A stretch of DNA of 64,000 nt, taken from assembly GCF_963676685.1 (NCBI RefSeq), contig NC_092350.1, positions 35,216,001 through 35,280,000 of the forward strand, read 5' to 3'. Shown here in pieces: positions 39,617-53,270 of this stretch. This stretch comes from Mytilus edulis. Its lineage: Eukaryota. The notes beneath the pieces are model-generated. The model was not told where the DNA came from. It was given only the letters and a program-made list of their open reading frames with translations, and made no database searches. The translations under genes were made by a program, and so were the position numbers. Numbering within the stretch: position 1 is the stretch's first letter; every line of letters starts with the position of its first letter.

Positions 39617-41454
39617 TTATTGACAAATTTTTAAATTGTGTATTAAACAGAAACATTTATTTTGTACACATGTTGAATTTTATTTCTAATACATTAAGAG
39701 TTACAACATATCATCAATTTTGTCACCAGTTTTATACGAAGCTTGATTTTTGTTCAAAATGTCAACTGAGAGGAATGAAGATAAAAATATCAAATATATG
39801 AAGGTAACTGGTGTACATTGTTTTCACAAATGCCGTATTATGCAAGGTATTCTTACTGATAGCAATTAGGCTAACACAGCATGGTTGTGATGGGTAAAGG
39901 AAGTGGGATAGGATTTGCTGGATCATATCCAAATGTGATTGATTGATTGACAGTTACTAAATGTTCAGTGCTATCCAAATGTGGGCTAAACCTTTCAATT
40001 AATGTCAACGTGTAGGTACACCATAATATTTTGGAGGCTTTGACTAAAAATTTAAAGGGTAACAGTTATCATGTGTAAAATAAAAACTATCTGAATGGTT
40101 TTTCAGATTCTCATTAATTCAAATAAGCATGAATGTCTAGTTGAAATCCTATAGAAAATGTGTACATAATAATCCATCTTTTATTACTTGTAAATAATGT
40201 CAGAAACATTGCATACTATAAGTTTCATTCTGGTTCACTGTCTGCCTTCTCATGACACATTTTCTGGCACTTACCAGATCTAGACTTTTAATATTCTTTG
40301 GTAAATGATGGTACACAATTAACTAAATGAACAAAAACAATTGACTGGTTTTTCCAGAAATCCCTGCCATTGACCATTGTTGTGAGTGACACAAAATAAT
40401 AATTTTATTATAATAATGGCGATATTTAATAATTAAATTAACTTCAAAGTAGAATTATGTTTTCTGCATTTAGTTCAAGTTGTTATCTCTTTGACACATT
40501 CCCAAGGTCCAGTCTGAAGTATTTCACAGCTGTAATTCAAGCTTGCTCATGATCCTTCAAAAGGTTTAGTTTTCTTCGATATTTGTGTTATGTTCACTGT
40601 AACCCTATTAAAAATTAACATTCTAATACAAATTGAGATTACCCTCGTAATTTCTGGCCTATACACATGATACAGGTTAGATTGACAATATTGGAAACCA
40701 ATTGCAAGCTTACTGTACATTATATTATATTTTACAGGTTATAATTTATTATTAGTAGAATTGTATGATCAAATCAAAATTCTATGAAACTTGATTGTTA
40801 TACAGAATATGCAATTACAATGATTAAGTACTTGACTATTAAAATTGTGTAAATATATTACTTTTGTGTAATTTATACAACAAAGATATAGGACTATGTG
40901 CTGGCTTGCTCATTCACTGATTTTTTTTTATCCAAAATATATTATATGAAAGTTTTGAGAATGAAGAAAAGGAAATGTGTTGTATACACCAATGAGACAG
41001 CAACCCAATAACAAAAACAGTGATAACTTCTTTAAAATTCATGGCTTCACTCATCCAACATCTAGTTTGGGTTTGTCTGAATGTGACAACCATTGTTCCT
41101 ATTTTATTTAAACATAATTCACCAAAAATAATGTTTTATCTTTTTTGACCAGTTATAGGACCAAATTTATAAATTTAAGTTGCTTTCTTCACTGATTTGC
41201 ATTATGTATTTTTTCTGTACTTTGTTATTCCTTATACTTCCTACATTTTTGTAAAAGAATGTTTTATGGTCATGTTGATGTCTCTGACACATTCCCCATT
41301 TCCATTCTCAATTTTATTTCAATTTTGTATTCTTTTTTTTTTTGCCATTGATTGCCATTTTATGCTCTGAAGTTTAGTCTCTTTTTCTTTTTATTGTAGC
41401 ACCTAATTAATCTCAAATCTTTATTTTTAACTATTTTTCTCTAATTCAAGTAGA

Positions 41455-43260
41455 GAGGTTTAATTTCTGGAGACCTACACATAGTCAATAACTACAAGTT
41501 GAGACAACTTTTGTCCAAGGGTCTGAAATACAGAGAGCCACAGCCAATCAATTGGAAGCAGTATGTTAAACTACTAATGGATTCTGTTGAGGATTATGCA
41601 AAAGACTGGGCAAAAAGAGAAAAGGTTGAGGTTGACACCCTTTCCAAGTGGGTAAAATCAGTGAGGTCATTGATTCAGATAAGTGCTAGTAAGCTTAAAG
41701 TGTCAATAAGCACCAAAGCTGCTTCCATCTTTAAAGACCCTCAGGTCATAGAGGAGTTGTCTTCCCTCCATGACAAATATGTTGTCGTATCAGCTGACAA
41801 AGCCTCTAACAATATTGTTTTTGTGTGCAAGAAACACTTCACTGACTGCCTAATTAAGGAACTCAGGATAAATAACACTCTTGGAAATCCTACATATACA
41901 CTGTACGCTTACGAAGCAGGAAATCCTGGAAAACCACAAATTGGTTCTAATCTCCTTTGGTGTTAATCCAAAGGATGAAGACCAGGGCTTCCATCCTTAT
42001 ATTGGATTCCTAAGCTTCATAAGAATCCTTATAAGGAAAGGTATATTGCAGGTTCTTCCACGTGTTCTACTAAACCCCTTTCTAAAGTTCTTACTGCCAT
42101 ACTCACTGCAGTTAAAGAAGGACTTCAGAAATATTCCGAAACAACATATTCAAGAAGTGGTGTTAATCAGATGTGGATACTGAAAAATTCAAAAGAGTTG
42201 TCTGTGAATTTACAATCTCAATCACTAAAACATTGTACCAACATTAAAACCTTTCATTCTTCAACTCTTTATACCACTATTCCACATACTAAACTTAAAG
42301 CTCGACTGAAAGAACTCGTCAGCTTATGTTTCTTTAACAAAAAAAGGCACTAGACAATTTAAATATCTAGTTTTGGGCAGGAATTCAGCTTACTTTGTAA
42401 AAGATCATACAGATTCAAGCAAAAAATAAACCAAAGAGGATATCACTGCCATGCTGGACTTTTTAATTGACAACATATTTGGAGGTTTGGTCTTTCAACA
42501 GACTATTGAAATCTTAGTGGGTACCTATTGCACTCTTCTACTTGCAGATTTGTTTTTGTATTCTTATGAAGCAGAATTTTTCCAAGGGCTTGTACAGAAA
42601 TGAGAAAAGAAATTAGCCCAGTCTTTTAATTTCACCTTTCGGTATATTGATGATGTACTGTCTCTTAATAATAATAGATTCAGTGATCACTTACATTTAA
42701 TATATCCAAGTTAACTTGAAATTAAAGATAATACCGACACAGATAAATCTGCTTCATATTTAGACCTTGTTCTCGAAATGACTACTGATGGTAGGTTGAA
42801 TACCAAAATTTATGACAAACGCGATGATTTTAATTTTCCTATAGTCAACTTTCCATTTCTGTGTAGCAACATCCCAGCCGCACCAGCATATGGAGTATAT
42901 GTGTCTCAATTGATACGTTACTCAAGAGCTAGCTCAAAGTACGTTGATTTTGTTGAACGAGGAATACTGCTTTCTCAAAAGTTGCTTAGACAGGGCTATG
43001 AATCAATCAAATTAAGGTCATTACTCAAGAAATTTTACGGTCGCCATCATGAGCTGATTGGCCATTATGGCAAAAGTGTGTCAGAAATCATATCTGATAT
43101 TCTTCCAGGAAATGCTTACCCTTCCGAAGCACCTGATTTCACTCCCTGTTTTTAGTGGAGTTCGTGTTGTTTCTTCTTATTTATTATTTATAACTGTTGA
43201 TGTAAATGTCTTTTGGTTTTATGAGTCTTTGTTTACTCCTTGGCCTTGATTGTTATTGTC
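41455..43260 (+). mobile_element. Decayed Penelope-like retroelement RT region
   Basis: Motifs across broken frames: LLSKGLKYREP, ADKASNN, YWIPKLHK, STLYTTIPH, LLADLFLYSYE, FRYIDD, YDKRDDFNF, SQLIRY. Multiple stops and frameshifts. Confidence 0.85.
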
Positions 43261-43659
43261 TTTAGATCTCAATAGATTTTTTAGTGCAATGCATGATGGT
43301 GTGCCTGTCCAAAGTAGGGAATATTTTTGGTTTAGGTTTGTTTTCATGGGTCGTGCTTTTAACCTAACCTGACCATCCGTCGTTCACTATACAAAAATCT
43401 TCTTCTCTGAAACTACTAGGCCAAATTTAACCAATATTGGCAACAATCAGCATTTTGGATATCTAGTTTTAAAAATGTGTCCGGTGACCAAGCCAACCAA
43501 CCAATGGATAAAAAAAATGTAGATTTTGACTTTTATCTCTGAACCAAAGCCGAAAGAGCAAATATGACATGGGGTAGAAGGTAAAAATCTATCTGCCCTG
43601 AAATTTTCAGATGAATGGGACAACCCCTGAACTGGTAATTTTAAGGAAATTTTGCCGTT

Positions 43660-46600
43660 TTCTTCTTCTTCTTCTTCTTTTCTTTCTTCTTCTTCTTCTT
43701 CTTCTTCTTTTCTTTCTTCTTCTTCTTCTTCTTCCCGGTTACGAGTCGAACTCTATAAAAGTGTAATTGACTCGGGCGCATCTCAAACAGACAGGAGGCC
43801 ACTCCTTTCTGGCCAAAAGTAAAAGTCCAGGAAAATCTGGATGGTATTTACAATAAAAATATATGCTAAATTACAACTATATACACTGGTTCTCCTGTTG
43901 TCTATTTAAGGTGTGGTTGGGTCCAGCGGATGATGTTCACTCTGGCCCTGAAGTCCTCTAGTGATCCGGACTCCACTACTGATTCTGGGAGTTTGTTCCA
44001 CTCTCTCGTTGTTCTCGGGAAGAATGGGTGGTAGTAGACGTCTCTCTTCACTCTTGTCTGTCTAAATTTGTGGTTGCCCCTGGTTCTACTGTCACCTGAT
44101 GCAAAGTACTTGGCTGGATCAATGGCAATCATCTGGTGTTGAGTTTTGTAACACAGCACTAAACTCTGTTTCCATCGTCTATGCTGCAATGATTCCCATT
44201 GAAGTTGGTCCAGAAGCTTTGTGACACATCCTGTAGAGTTGTCCTGGTGGCAACTGTAGACAAAGCGAGCTGCTCGTTTCTGTACCTGCTCTATGTCACG
44301 TATGATGGTAATTTGGTGTGGATCCCATACCGGGGAAGCATATTCCAGGGTTGGTCTGACTAACGTGCAGTAAGCTGTAGCTTTTGTTGCTGGGGTTTCT
44401 CCGTAAGAATCATAGTGTCTTGGAGGCTTTCCCTATGGTCTGGTTGATGTGCTTTGAACAGGTGAGATCTTTGCTGATGGTGAGCCCAAGGTATTTCCCA
44501 CCGTCTATTGTTTCTAATCTGTGTCCATGGAGTGCGTAGGACGTCTGATGTTGTTGACGTCGTCCAGAGACACGGATGACTGTGCATTTTTCTGGGTGGA
44601 AACACATTTGCCACTGTTTTTCCCATTCTTCCAGCGAGGAAAGATCTTTCTGCAGCAAGTCTGCATCTTCTGGTTTCTTGATGCGCCGGAAGAGTAGACA
44701 GTCATCGGCAAACAGTCTAGCGCTTGATGTTGTAGCTTCTGGGAGGTCATTGATGTATGCCAAAAAGAGTAAGGGACCCATCACAGTGCCCTGTGGAACT
44801 CCAGATACCACGTCAAGTGGGTCAGACTTGTGATTTTCAAGGATCACAGACTGGGTTCTGTTGGACAGGAACTGTCTTATCCATTCGAGTTGGACACCTC
44901 TTACTCCGTAGTAGTCCATTTTGTGTAGCAGTCTGTTATGTGGTACCTTATCAAAGGCCTTGGCGAAGTCTAACAGGATAATATCAGTCTGATCGCCATC
45001 CTCCATGTTCTTGGCTATTTCATGTATGGTTATGAAAAGCTGGGATTCGCATGAGCGTTTGGTTCTGAACTCATGTTGTTCGTCACACAATATGGAGTTT
45101 CGGTCAAAGTGGTCCATGATAGTACTGTGGACTATGTGCTCTAGTAGCTTACACGTGATTGATGTAAGGGATACTGGACGGTAGTTTGCTGCTGTGTGTT
45201 TTTCGCCTTTCTTAAAGACTGGGACTATGTTGGCTGTCCTCCAATCTTCTGGTACTGACCCCTGATCCATTGACAGTTGGTATAGTCTAGTCAGGTAAGG
45301 TGACAAGTGTTCGGCAGTGTTCTTTAGCATGAAGGCAGGTATATCATCTGGCCCAGTTGCCTTAAAAGGTCTTATTCCTCTGATGAGTTTAGTGACTTCA
45401 TTCTGGCTTATTTTTATTGGTCTCATGGTTGGGTATGGGCTTGGTCCTTTATCTGGCATGTTGTTAAGGTCTTTCTGTGTATAAACTGAGTGGAATTGGT
45501 TGTTCAGGATTGCAGCTTTTGTTGGTGTGTCACTGTGGAGGTATCCATCTTTATTTTTCAGAGTTGTTATGCCTGAAGATTCCTGTTTCCTGCTCTTTAT
45601 GTACGACCAAAATCTTTTGGGGTTCTTGTATAAGTCTTCACTAACGTTACAATGTCTTGCATAAATTTGGTGTGTGCTCGTCTAGATTCACGTTGAAGTT
45701 CGGCTTTGATGTTTTTATAGCGTTTCCAATCCTTTGGTGAGTCGGTGAGTTTTGCTTTGGAGTAAGCTCTTTGTTTCTGTCTACTCATTCGTCTTAGGTG
45801 GATGTTCATCCAAGGGTGGCTTTTTCTAGCTAGTGATCTTTTGGTTGGTACAAATTTTTCCATGGATTCTTTTATGATCTTTTTGATTGATGTCCACATG
45901 GTGTCAATATCAACAAACTCAGACTTGTTGAAAAGATCATATTGACTGTCAAGATGTTTCCCTATACTTTCTAAGTCTGCTTTCTTCCAAAGGTTTATTT
46001 TTCTTTTTGTTGGTTTTGGTTTATTGTCATTTGCTGTTATGTCCACTAACACTATGTCGTGGTCGCTATTTCCTATAGGTGGTAGTGTTTTACATCTATC
46101 TATGTTTCCTGGGTGGCTTGTAAACATAAGGTCTAGTATGTTGTTTCCTCTTGTGGTGTTGTTATTTATTTGCTGAATTGACAAGTCAGCTGACATCTGT
46201 AAAAAAGCTCTGTTGATTGTTTGTGGCAGTTGGTTACCTTTTATTTCATTTTTTCCCCAGTCAATATCAGGTAGATTGAAATCCCCTCCTAGTAGAAAGA
46301 TACTCCTTTTATTGTTGTTTCTCAGGTTGTGAATCTCTGTTATTGCTCTCTCAGCATATTTGTTATCTGTTTTGTTTGGTGGTCTATAAAAGCTCGTAAT
46401 GATGTATTGTTTAGTACCTATCTTAATTTTTCCTGTTATCATTTCTGCGTCTTTGCTGATAGATACTTGGCTGAGTTCCAGTTCGTTCTTAGCAGCTATT
46501 AGTACACCTCCATGAGGATCTTTTTCACGATCGCGTCTAATAACGTCATATCCAAGTTCTGGTGGAAAAATTTCTCTACTCCCAATGTTGTTGGAAAGCC

Positions 46601-46940
46601 ATGTCTCTGTTCCAATGATTATATCAGGATTGGCGGTTTCGATGAGAATAGGTAGTTCTGTTCGTTTGTTCTTGATACTTTGGAAGTTTATTATCAGAGT
46701 TCTTAGTGCTTTTCTGTTCTTATTTCCAGTTGTGTTTTGAGTTACCCTCTTTGGCGATGATGCAGCTAAAGGATCTCCAAGACTTATGTTGCTGTCATCT
46801 TGGTTGATTGATGACGACTTATTCCCATCCGAGATGGACAACATAGAAAAAGTGTTACTATCTGCAGAGTCTATCAGGTCATACAAAACAGTTGTGTGGT
46901 TTGGTGCATTACATACCATACAATACCAAGAGACAGAAGT
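43660..46940 (-). mobile_element. Near full-length, disrupted CR1-group LINE (partial PHD-like finger, APE endonuclease, RT) with a (GAA)n tail
   Basis: APE motifs INFQSI, GTETWL, GGDFNLP, LDL, SDH; RT motifs NYRPVSLT, DFAKAFD, GVPQG, FADD. Frameshift near 45645, premature TGA at 44410 and a deletion near 44385. The (TTC)n tract on the plus strand runs 43660-43734. Confidence 0.93.
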
Positions 46941-49541
46941 GTTATTATTTTTTACAAAAATCTTCTCTGAACCTACTAAGACAAATTGAAACAAACTTGT
47001 CCACAATCATCAGTAGGGTACTAGTATCTAGTTTTAAAAATGTGTCCGATGACCCCGCCCACGAACCAAGATCTATCTGCCCTGAAATGTTCAGACCAAT
47101 CAGGCAACTTATTGTTGGGTTGCTGCCCCTAAATTGGTAATTTTAAGAAAATTTTGCAGCTTTTGGTTATTATCTTGAATATTATTATAGAAAGAGTTAA
47201 ATTGTAAACAGCAATAATGTACAAAATAGCACTACAAATAAGTCAACATGACCAAAATGGTCAATTGACCCTTTTAGGAGTTATTGCCCTTTATAGTCAA
47301 TTTTTAACAATTTTTAAAAAAGTTTGTAAATTCTTACAAAATATTTTCAACTGTCACTTCTGGGTCCAAGTTCATATTAAATAGAGATAATTGTAAGCAG
47401 CAAAAATGTTCAGTAAAGTATGATCTTCAAACACATCACCAACACCAAAACACAATTTTTGTCATAAATCTATCTGTGTCATTTGTATAATATGCACATA
47501 GACCAAGGTGAGCGAGACAGGCTCTTTATGGCCTCTAGTTTTTGTCTATTTGAGATAAATGAACATGATGAAAAATCTGTGGTCATTTTTGTCTGAGGCT
47601 TAAGTTGCAGAGTGCTAGACATATTGATAATGATCCTGTAGTATAGGTGGCATTTAATAATTGCATAAAGTTTTTTTTTTTTATTTCAGACGGTAGAAGA
47701 CTAATGTTTCATAACATGTATGCAGATACATGTACCTTATATAATTAAGTATACATATGTCAACTATATTTTGTATCTTGAATGATTGCAAGGTGTTTAT
47801 ATTTGTCTAGCAGAGTTCATACAACCTTGACCTAATTGTCATGGTTCATTGGTCAATATTTAATTTTCCTGGTTTAAGTCTATTGCTAAGATATTTGAAG
47901 CAAAAGTTCATCTATACTTGATGCATATACGATTGGAAGGTATGCAAACCTGTTTTGGATGTTCATTTGGCCTTAACCTCATTTCCGTAGCTCATTTGTC
48001 AATGTTAAGCATTCCTTCTGAAGTCCGTTTCGAAAATATTTAAAGCAACAACAAAAAAATTAAATTTAGTATGAGAAAAGATTGTAAGGTATACATGTCT
48101 GCCAGTCATTTGTCATCTGACCTTTACCTCATTTTCTTGGTTATTGGTTACTGATACGTTTTCATGGTTTGGTTTGTTTCTTTGATACAATAAGCAATAT
48201 GTCAACTTTATTTGGTGTATGGAATGATTATAACGTGTATATGTCTGTCTGACAGGGTTTATCTGACCTTTACCTTATTTTCTTTGATCAGTGATACTTT
48301 TTAGTTTATAATTATGTAATGTTTGGTGTTGAACTTTTAACACTAAACAAATAAAGGCAATTAGAGCACGAGAGACATATCAGTGAATGGGTGCACTCTT
48401 GTATACTATATATATTGCAATCTTTTTTTATATTGAAAAACACAAGTTTGATTATGTGTGCTGTCATCACTTGGCATTCATTGTTCAGTCATGTTGGTCT
48501 ATTTTCATCTTCTCTGAAACTACTCAGCCAATTTGGACTAAGATTTGCAAGCGTAATTTCTTTATAGAACAAATCGTTAAAAAAGTATGCCATTCTCTTA
48601 AGTTGTTTTTCTTAAGTCCCATTTTCACTCTACAGTGAGCGGTCAATGACGTAGCTTAATTTTTTAGTTATTCAAAGGATTTCAAGGACCCTACACCGAT
48701 TGAAAGGCCGGAATGAATGATTTACGAGAACATTTCTAAAATAAATTTTCAACAATTATTGATGAACAAAGGCGATTTTTAATGTTTCCTAAAAGTTCAG
48801 TGACAAATATTTCATGCAAACAAATCAACATAAATCGAACAGAAAATAGGATCGTAGGGGAACGGGAAGGGTAATGCTAGAGTCTTTTCAATTCTTGTTG
48901 AGACGATTCTTATGATTCTGTATTATAAGAATAAAAGATAAACTCTGTGAGAAAAGGAGCACAATTGTTCCAATATGAATACCTACTTTTTGTTGAATAA
49001 CATGTCCACTCATCATAAAAACCAATATGTTTTTTAATAAAAATTACTAGCATTGTACTGATCCCCTTGGACCCGCCACTGATCCTATACTTCGAAAATA
49101 TTAACTGCATATTTTTTTTTAATGAGGAAGTTGTCTCTTTTGTCAAAAGAAGCTAAGCCACTGCGGTCCTAAAGATCTTTAAATCTTCGCCCATTGGTCT
49201 TATATACTAACTAACATTTGTCTAATTTGAAATCATACCCATCCCCTTATATATATATTGTAACACTAAATTTTAATCCATAACAAATTAAATTTTATTG
49301 TAGTATACGAGTACATGAGTAGCTTTAAATACATGGTCGATACGTTCATTTACATATGACCGAATGCTATGCACATAAATAAATTTGTCAATACATTGTA
49401 GTATTTGTTTATAGTTCTCAATTCTTAACAAATAATCGAAAGTTATGTTTTCTTTTATTAATCAATTATTTTACCTAGGTATATTTCTTGGTCCAATTGT
49501 TTTGTTAGGTATAAACCTGCAGACTTTCAAAGTTTTGCGAC

Positions 49542-52500
49542 ATGCATTTCATATTGATGCTTTGTTATATATTCTTTATTAGCTATATCTGTATGAACTA
49601 TGTCGAATCTAGTAAGTATTATTATCTTTTATTAATATCATTGTCACCTTATCAGACTTAATATACATTTGTATCACATAATATTCTCATAATAATCGAC
49701 GAATTCGTGTCGTTAGCACCAGCAACACGAATGTTACTATAGAGGAGTAGACACTGATTTTTCTTCCGGGCTGGTAGTAATCACTTTCTGTTTATTCGTC
49801 CATTCGTCTGTCAGATCTTCTTTGACGCATGAGTCAAAATTTGTTCGAACGATTTTAATGTATTTGTTCAGAGTGTTGGTGTCTTTGATTTAGTTCGACT
49901 TTTTGATAGAAAAAAAAAGTCTTTGGTGGGTATTCTCAACAGTTTCAAAGTACATTTGTAGGTGCCAGGGGATCACACAAGAACCTGCCAAACCATAGCC
50001 TCATATTTATGTTTTACTTTAAGGTATTTTTTAAGTATTGACCGCCAAACCACCGTTAACCAAGTTATTTTTTCGCTTGGCCGATTTTCTGTTCCCTGTT
50101 TTTATGTGGTATATCAAGTCTGATAAGGTGATAATCAAGATTTTGGTCTTAATCTTTCAATATCAAATCAGTTATCTTATTAATTCAATTTAAAAAAAAA
50201 TCAAAACATCTTTATTACTACTTACTATATGCAATGGACATTTTCCAGTTTCTTACGATGATCTTAACTGTGTCGTTGATGACACATTACCAGCATCATC
50301 ATCCGACAACTATATTGACTGTCAATCAAAAGAAATGGTAGCAGCAGGACGAAATAAGTGTTGTAAGATTGAGGGAAGTGTTGGGTGTTGCGAACCTGGT
50401 GGCAGGTATAGTAATATAAAAATTAACTTTTTTGTATATGTTGTATCAAAGAACAGTCTCTTGACAATAATAGTCAACATATAAATAAGAAGAATGATGG
50501 GGATTGATTCCCTATAGTACAAATCTCAACCAGGCCAAATGATGTAGAAGTTTACAACTTTATATAAAAAAGAAGATATGGTGTGATTGCCAATGAGACA
50601 ACTCTTCACAAGAGACCAAATAATTTCAGAAATTAACAATTGTTCAATTGATAGGGAAATAATCTTAATTAGATTGAAACGTATCTACAATCTGTATCCA
50701 AATAACATATTTTACTTTTAAGGTATTTTGATGCTTTCAAACACACCATTTGGCACTCAAGGTCACTTTTGAATCATTACATTCCTAGCCGAAGACCGCA
50801 GCTTACCTCGTACTGATCATGATTTTTCTATGTTTTAGGTGGAAGAAAATTCTTGCGATGAGCCTGGGTATTGGACTGACATTCATAACATTAGCTGTTA
50901 TTTATATCTACTTGTTCTGGTGTAAGAAGGACACGATTCCCTGTCTCGGTCGTTGTCAGGATAGAATACAAAAGAAATACTATCAAGCTGAAGAATCACT
51001 TCCGTAAGTACAACAGGATTGAGTTTTAAGAGAACATGGTAAAATTCAGTTTACATCAATAAAATGAATTGTTTCCATTTTTCTGATTTCTGATTTCTTC
51101 TATCTTATGGTTAATGAAATTATTGCGTTAGACAGAACAAAAAATATACCATTATTTTTTGCAATTTTGTACAGTTAAACGACATACATCTTGTATATAA
51201 CACGCATTACAAAACTCAAACTTACTTGGGGGAAAATCCTTCCTATTTCCTTATTTATTCATTTCAACTTAATGAAAGTAAGCACGTTTCTGAGATATGC
51301 ATCTGAACAGATAAACCATTATAATAGTTGGTTATCACCAGGACATGACGGTAACCTTTAGGTTCGACATCTCTTTCGAACAGCTGTTTCTGCGACCAGT
51401 TTAACAACCTTAAACCAACTTATTTCAGCAGTAAAACTAATATTTACTATGAACAGTCATATTACTCTTTGTACTTGGTTACCCATATACTCATACATCT
51501 AAATTTTGTAAATAAACAAATAAATTAAAAACAACACTGCATGCACAAACAAACAAAAAATAAACCAAAGTTTTTAAATTGATATTGGTTTTACAAAATG
51601 TAATTACAATCAGCAAAAAAAAAGGGAATTAAATAAAAAATAAATCAACCATTTTTGTTTTTGAAATTTTCAAAAATAAAGACCTGAGTTCGGTCTGAGA
51701 GAACTATGCAGTAAGCTATAAAAGTTATGGGATAACTAAATGTGAAACAAAGAGAAAAACACCGGTTCTAATTTAAGATTATAAATATTTGTTATGACGG
51801 ACATCAACAAAATGCAAAATATGGCCGGCTTTATACAAAATACAAAATATGATGGGATTAGAAATGTTTGCGAGCGTTTTAAACTGAGACTGCTGCATGT
51901 TTATTAACACTGTAGCAACACAAAATTAGAAAAAAAATAATAAGTGATAATCAAATGTAAACTAAGCAGAAACGCACATAACAAAATGTGGTACATGGCC
52001 TATCGTTCATGTCTTATTTATTTTTGTATCCTTGAATGTATACTAATGTGCGTATTGTTATGCGTTTGCTTTACTACATTGGTTAGAGGTATAGGGGAGG
52101 GTTGAGATCTCACAAACATGTTTAACCCCGCCGCATTTTTGCGCCTGTCCCAAGTCAGGAGCCTCTGGCCTTTGTTAGTCTTGTATTATTTTAATTTTAG
52201 TTTCTTGTGTACAATTTGGAAATTAGTATGGCGTTCATTATCACTGGACTAGTATATATTTGTTTAGGGGCCAGCTGAAGGACGCCTCCGGGTGCGGGAA
52301 TTTCTCGCTACATTGAAGACCTGTTGGTGACCCTCTGCTGTTGTTTTTTATTTGGGCGGGTTGTTGTCTCTTTGACACATTCCCCATTTCCATTCTCAAT
52401 TTTAATAATGGTATTTCAGATGTTGTGCCAGTCGCGTCGAAAGACGTAAACAAGAGCAAGAAATTATGGTAAAGTCAAAAGATCAACCGGCATTCAATTT

Positions 52501-52573
52501 ACCAGACGACGAATTTTGTAACTCAAATTACAAAGAAGAGTGGTGGAGTGGACAAACAATTAAAAACTTTTGA
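49542..52573 (+). CDS. Single-pass membrane protein with a six-cysteine ectodomain (Shisa-like/WBP1/VOPP1-type), ~181 aa. Exons 49542-49611, 50249-50405, 50839-51003, 52420-52573
   Basis: Phase-consistent GT-AG splicing gives signal peptide MHFILMLCYIFFISYICMNYVES, ectodomain C..C..CC..CC (LNCVV, IDCQS, KCCKIEGSVGCCEP), TM ILAMSLGIGLTFITLAVIYIYLFW, cytoplasmic cysteines and a tail ending WWSGQTIKNF*. The family call is from the cysteine pattern only. Confidence 0.8.
52044..52403. repeat. Unclassified ~360-bp interspersed repeat, copy 2
   Basis: Highly similar to 22674-23034. It ends about 16 nt before the last splice acceptor of the Shisa-like gene. Confidence 0.85.
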
Positions 52574-53004
52574 TATCGGAACATATCATTGTTTTGCCAG
52601 GAACTGTATACGTTTGTGTAATTTACCACAAATATTAATATATAAATTCATAAATTCAATGCAAATGTTGTTTGTTTTATTTCACTGATTATGCGTGTAT
52701 ATATGTGTGTGTAAAACCACAATTTTATCATCATTAAATCCTGGAGTTTGAAATCAGAGTCTAAATCGCATGACTTGTATTTATGTGTAATGAATTAGTA
52801 TTCCCAATATTTTTTACCTAAGACCAAACTCTAAAGATTCTCTCTAATTTTTGTCCAATATTGAATGTTGTTTGCACTGAGAAAGCACTCGCTAAGAATA
52901 GAAATTATTACTTACAGACGTTGGTGTTCTGCTTTTCTGTTAGTCATATTCTCTTGACTGCTCATCTTCCTTCATTTCTGAATCTCTGTAGATCTCTGCC
53001 AGTG

Positions 53005-53270
53005 CTTTGATGCCTTCAGGTGGTTCCAACCTTCACCAGATGTTTCGACCCTGTACTATAACATCTTCCGGTTGGTAGGCCAGAAATGGTGGCTAAACAT
53101 CTATTCATCAGCACTCGGCTTTCAGCTTAGATCATCTCGGCGATGCCATAACCAGCAAGATCAACGTTCTGTTGCTTCTCCTAGCTGTCTTACTGCTGTC
53201 TTTCTTGCCTTTTCGACTATTCCCTTTGCCCGTAGCATCCTACATACTGACTGTGTAGACAAATCTCTGA
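53005..53270 (-). mobile_element. 3' fragment of a restriction-like-endonuclease LINE (HERO-like)
   Basis: Minus-strand translation SVCRMLRAKGIVEKARKTAVRQLGEATER*SCWLWHRR resembles the HERO C-terminus as I recall it (EAAE.AS.WLW). It is followed by a 3' UTR-like segment. Confidence 0.6.

Noticed and set aside
42340-42720. Selenocysteine readthrough in the Penelope-like RT (in-frame TGA at ~42601)
   Set aside because: TAA stops and frameshifts are also present, so ordinary decay explains it.
46940-47006. N-terminus of the 469-aa ORF as a true LINE start
   Set aside because: The first ~20 codons read through flanking host repeat; the element is 5'-truncated.
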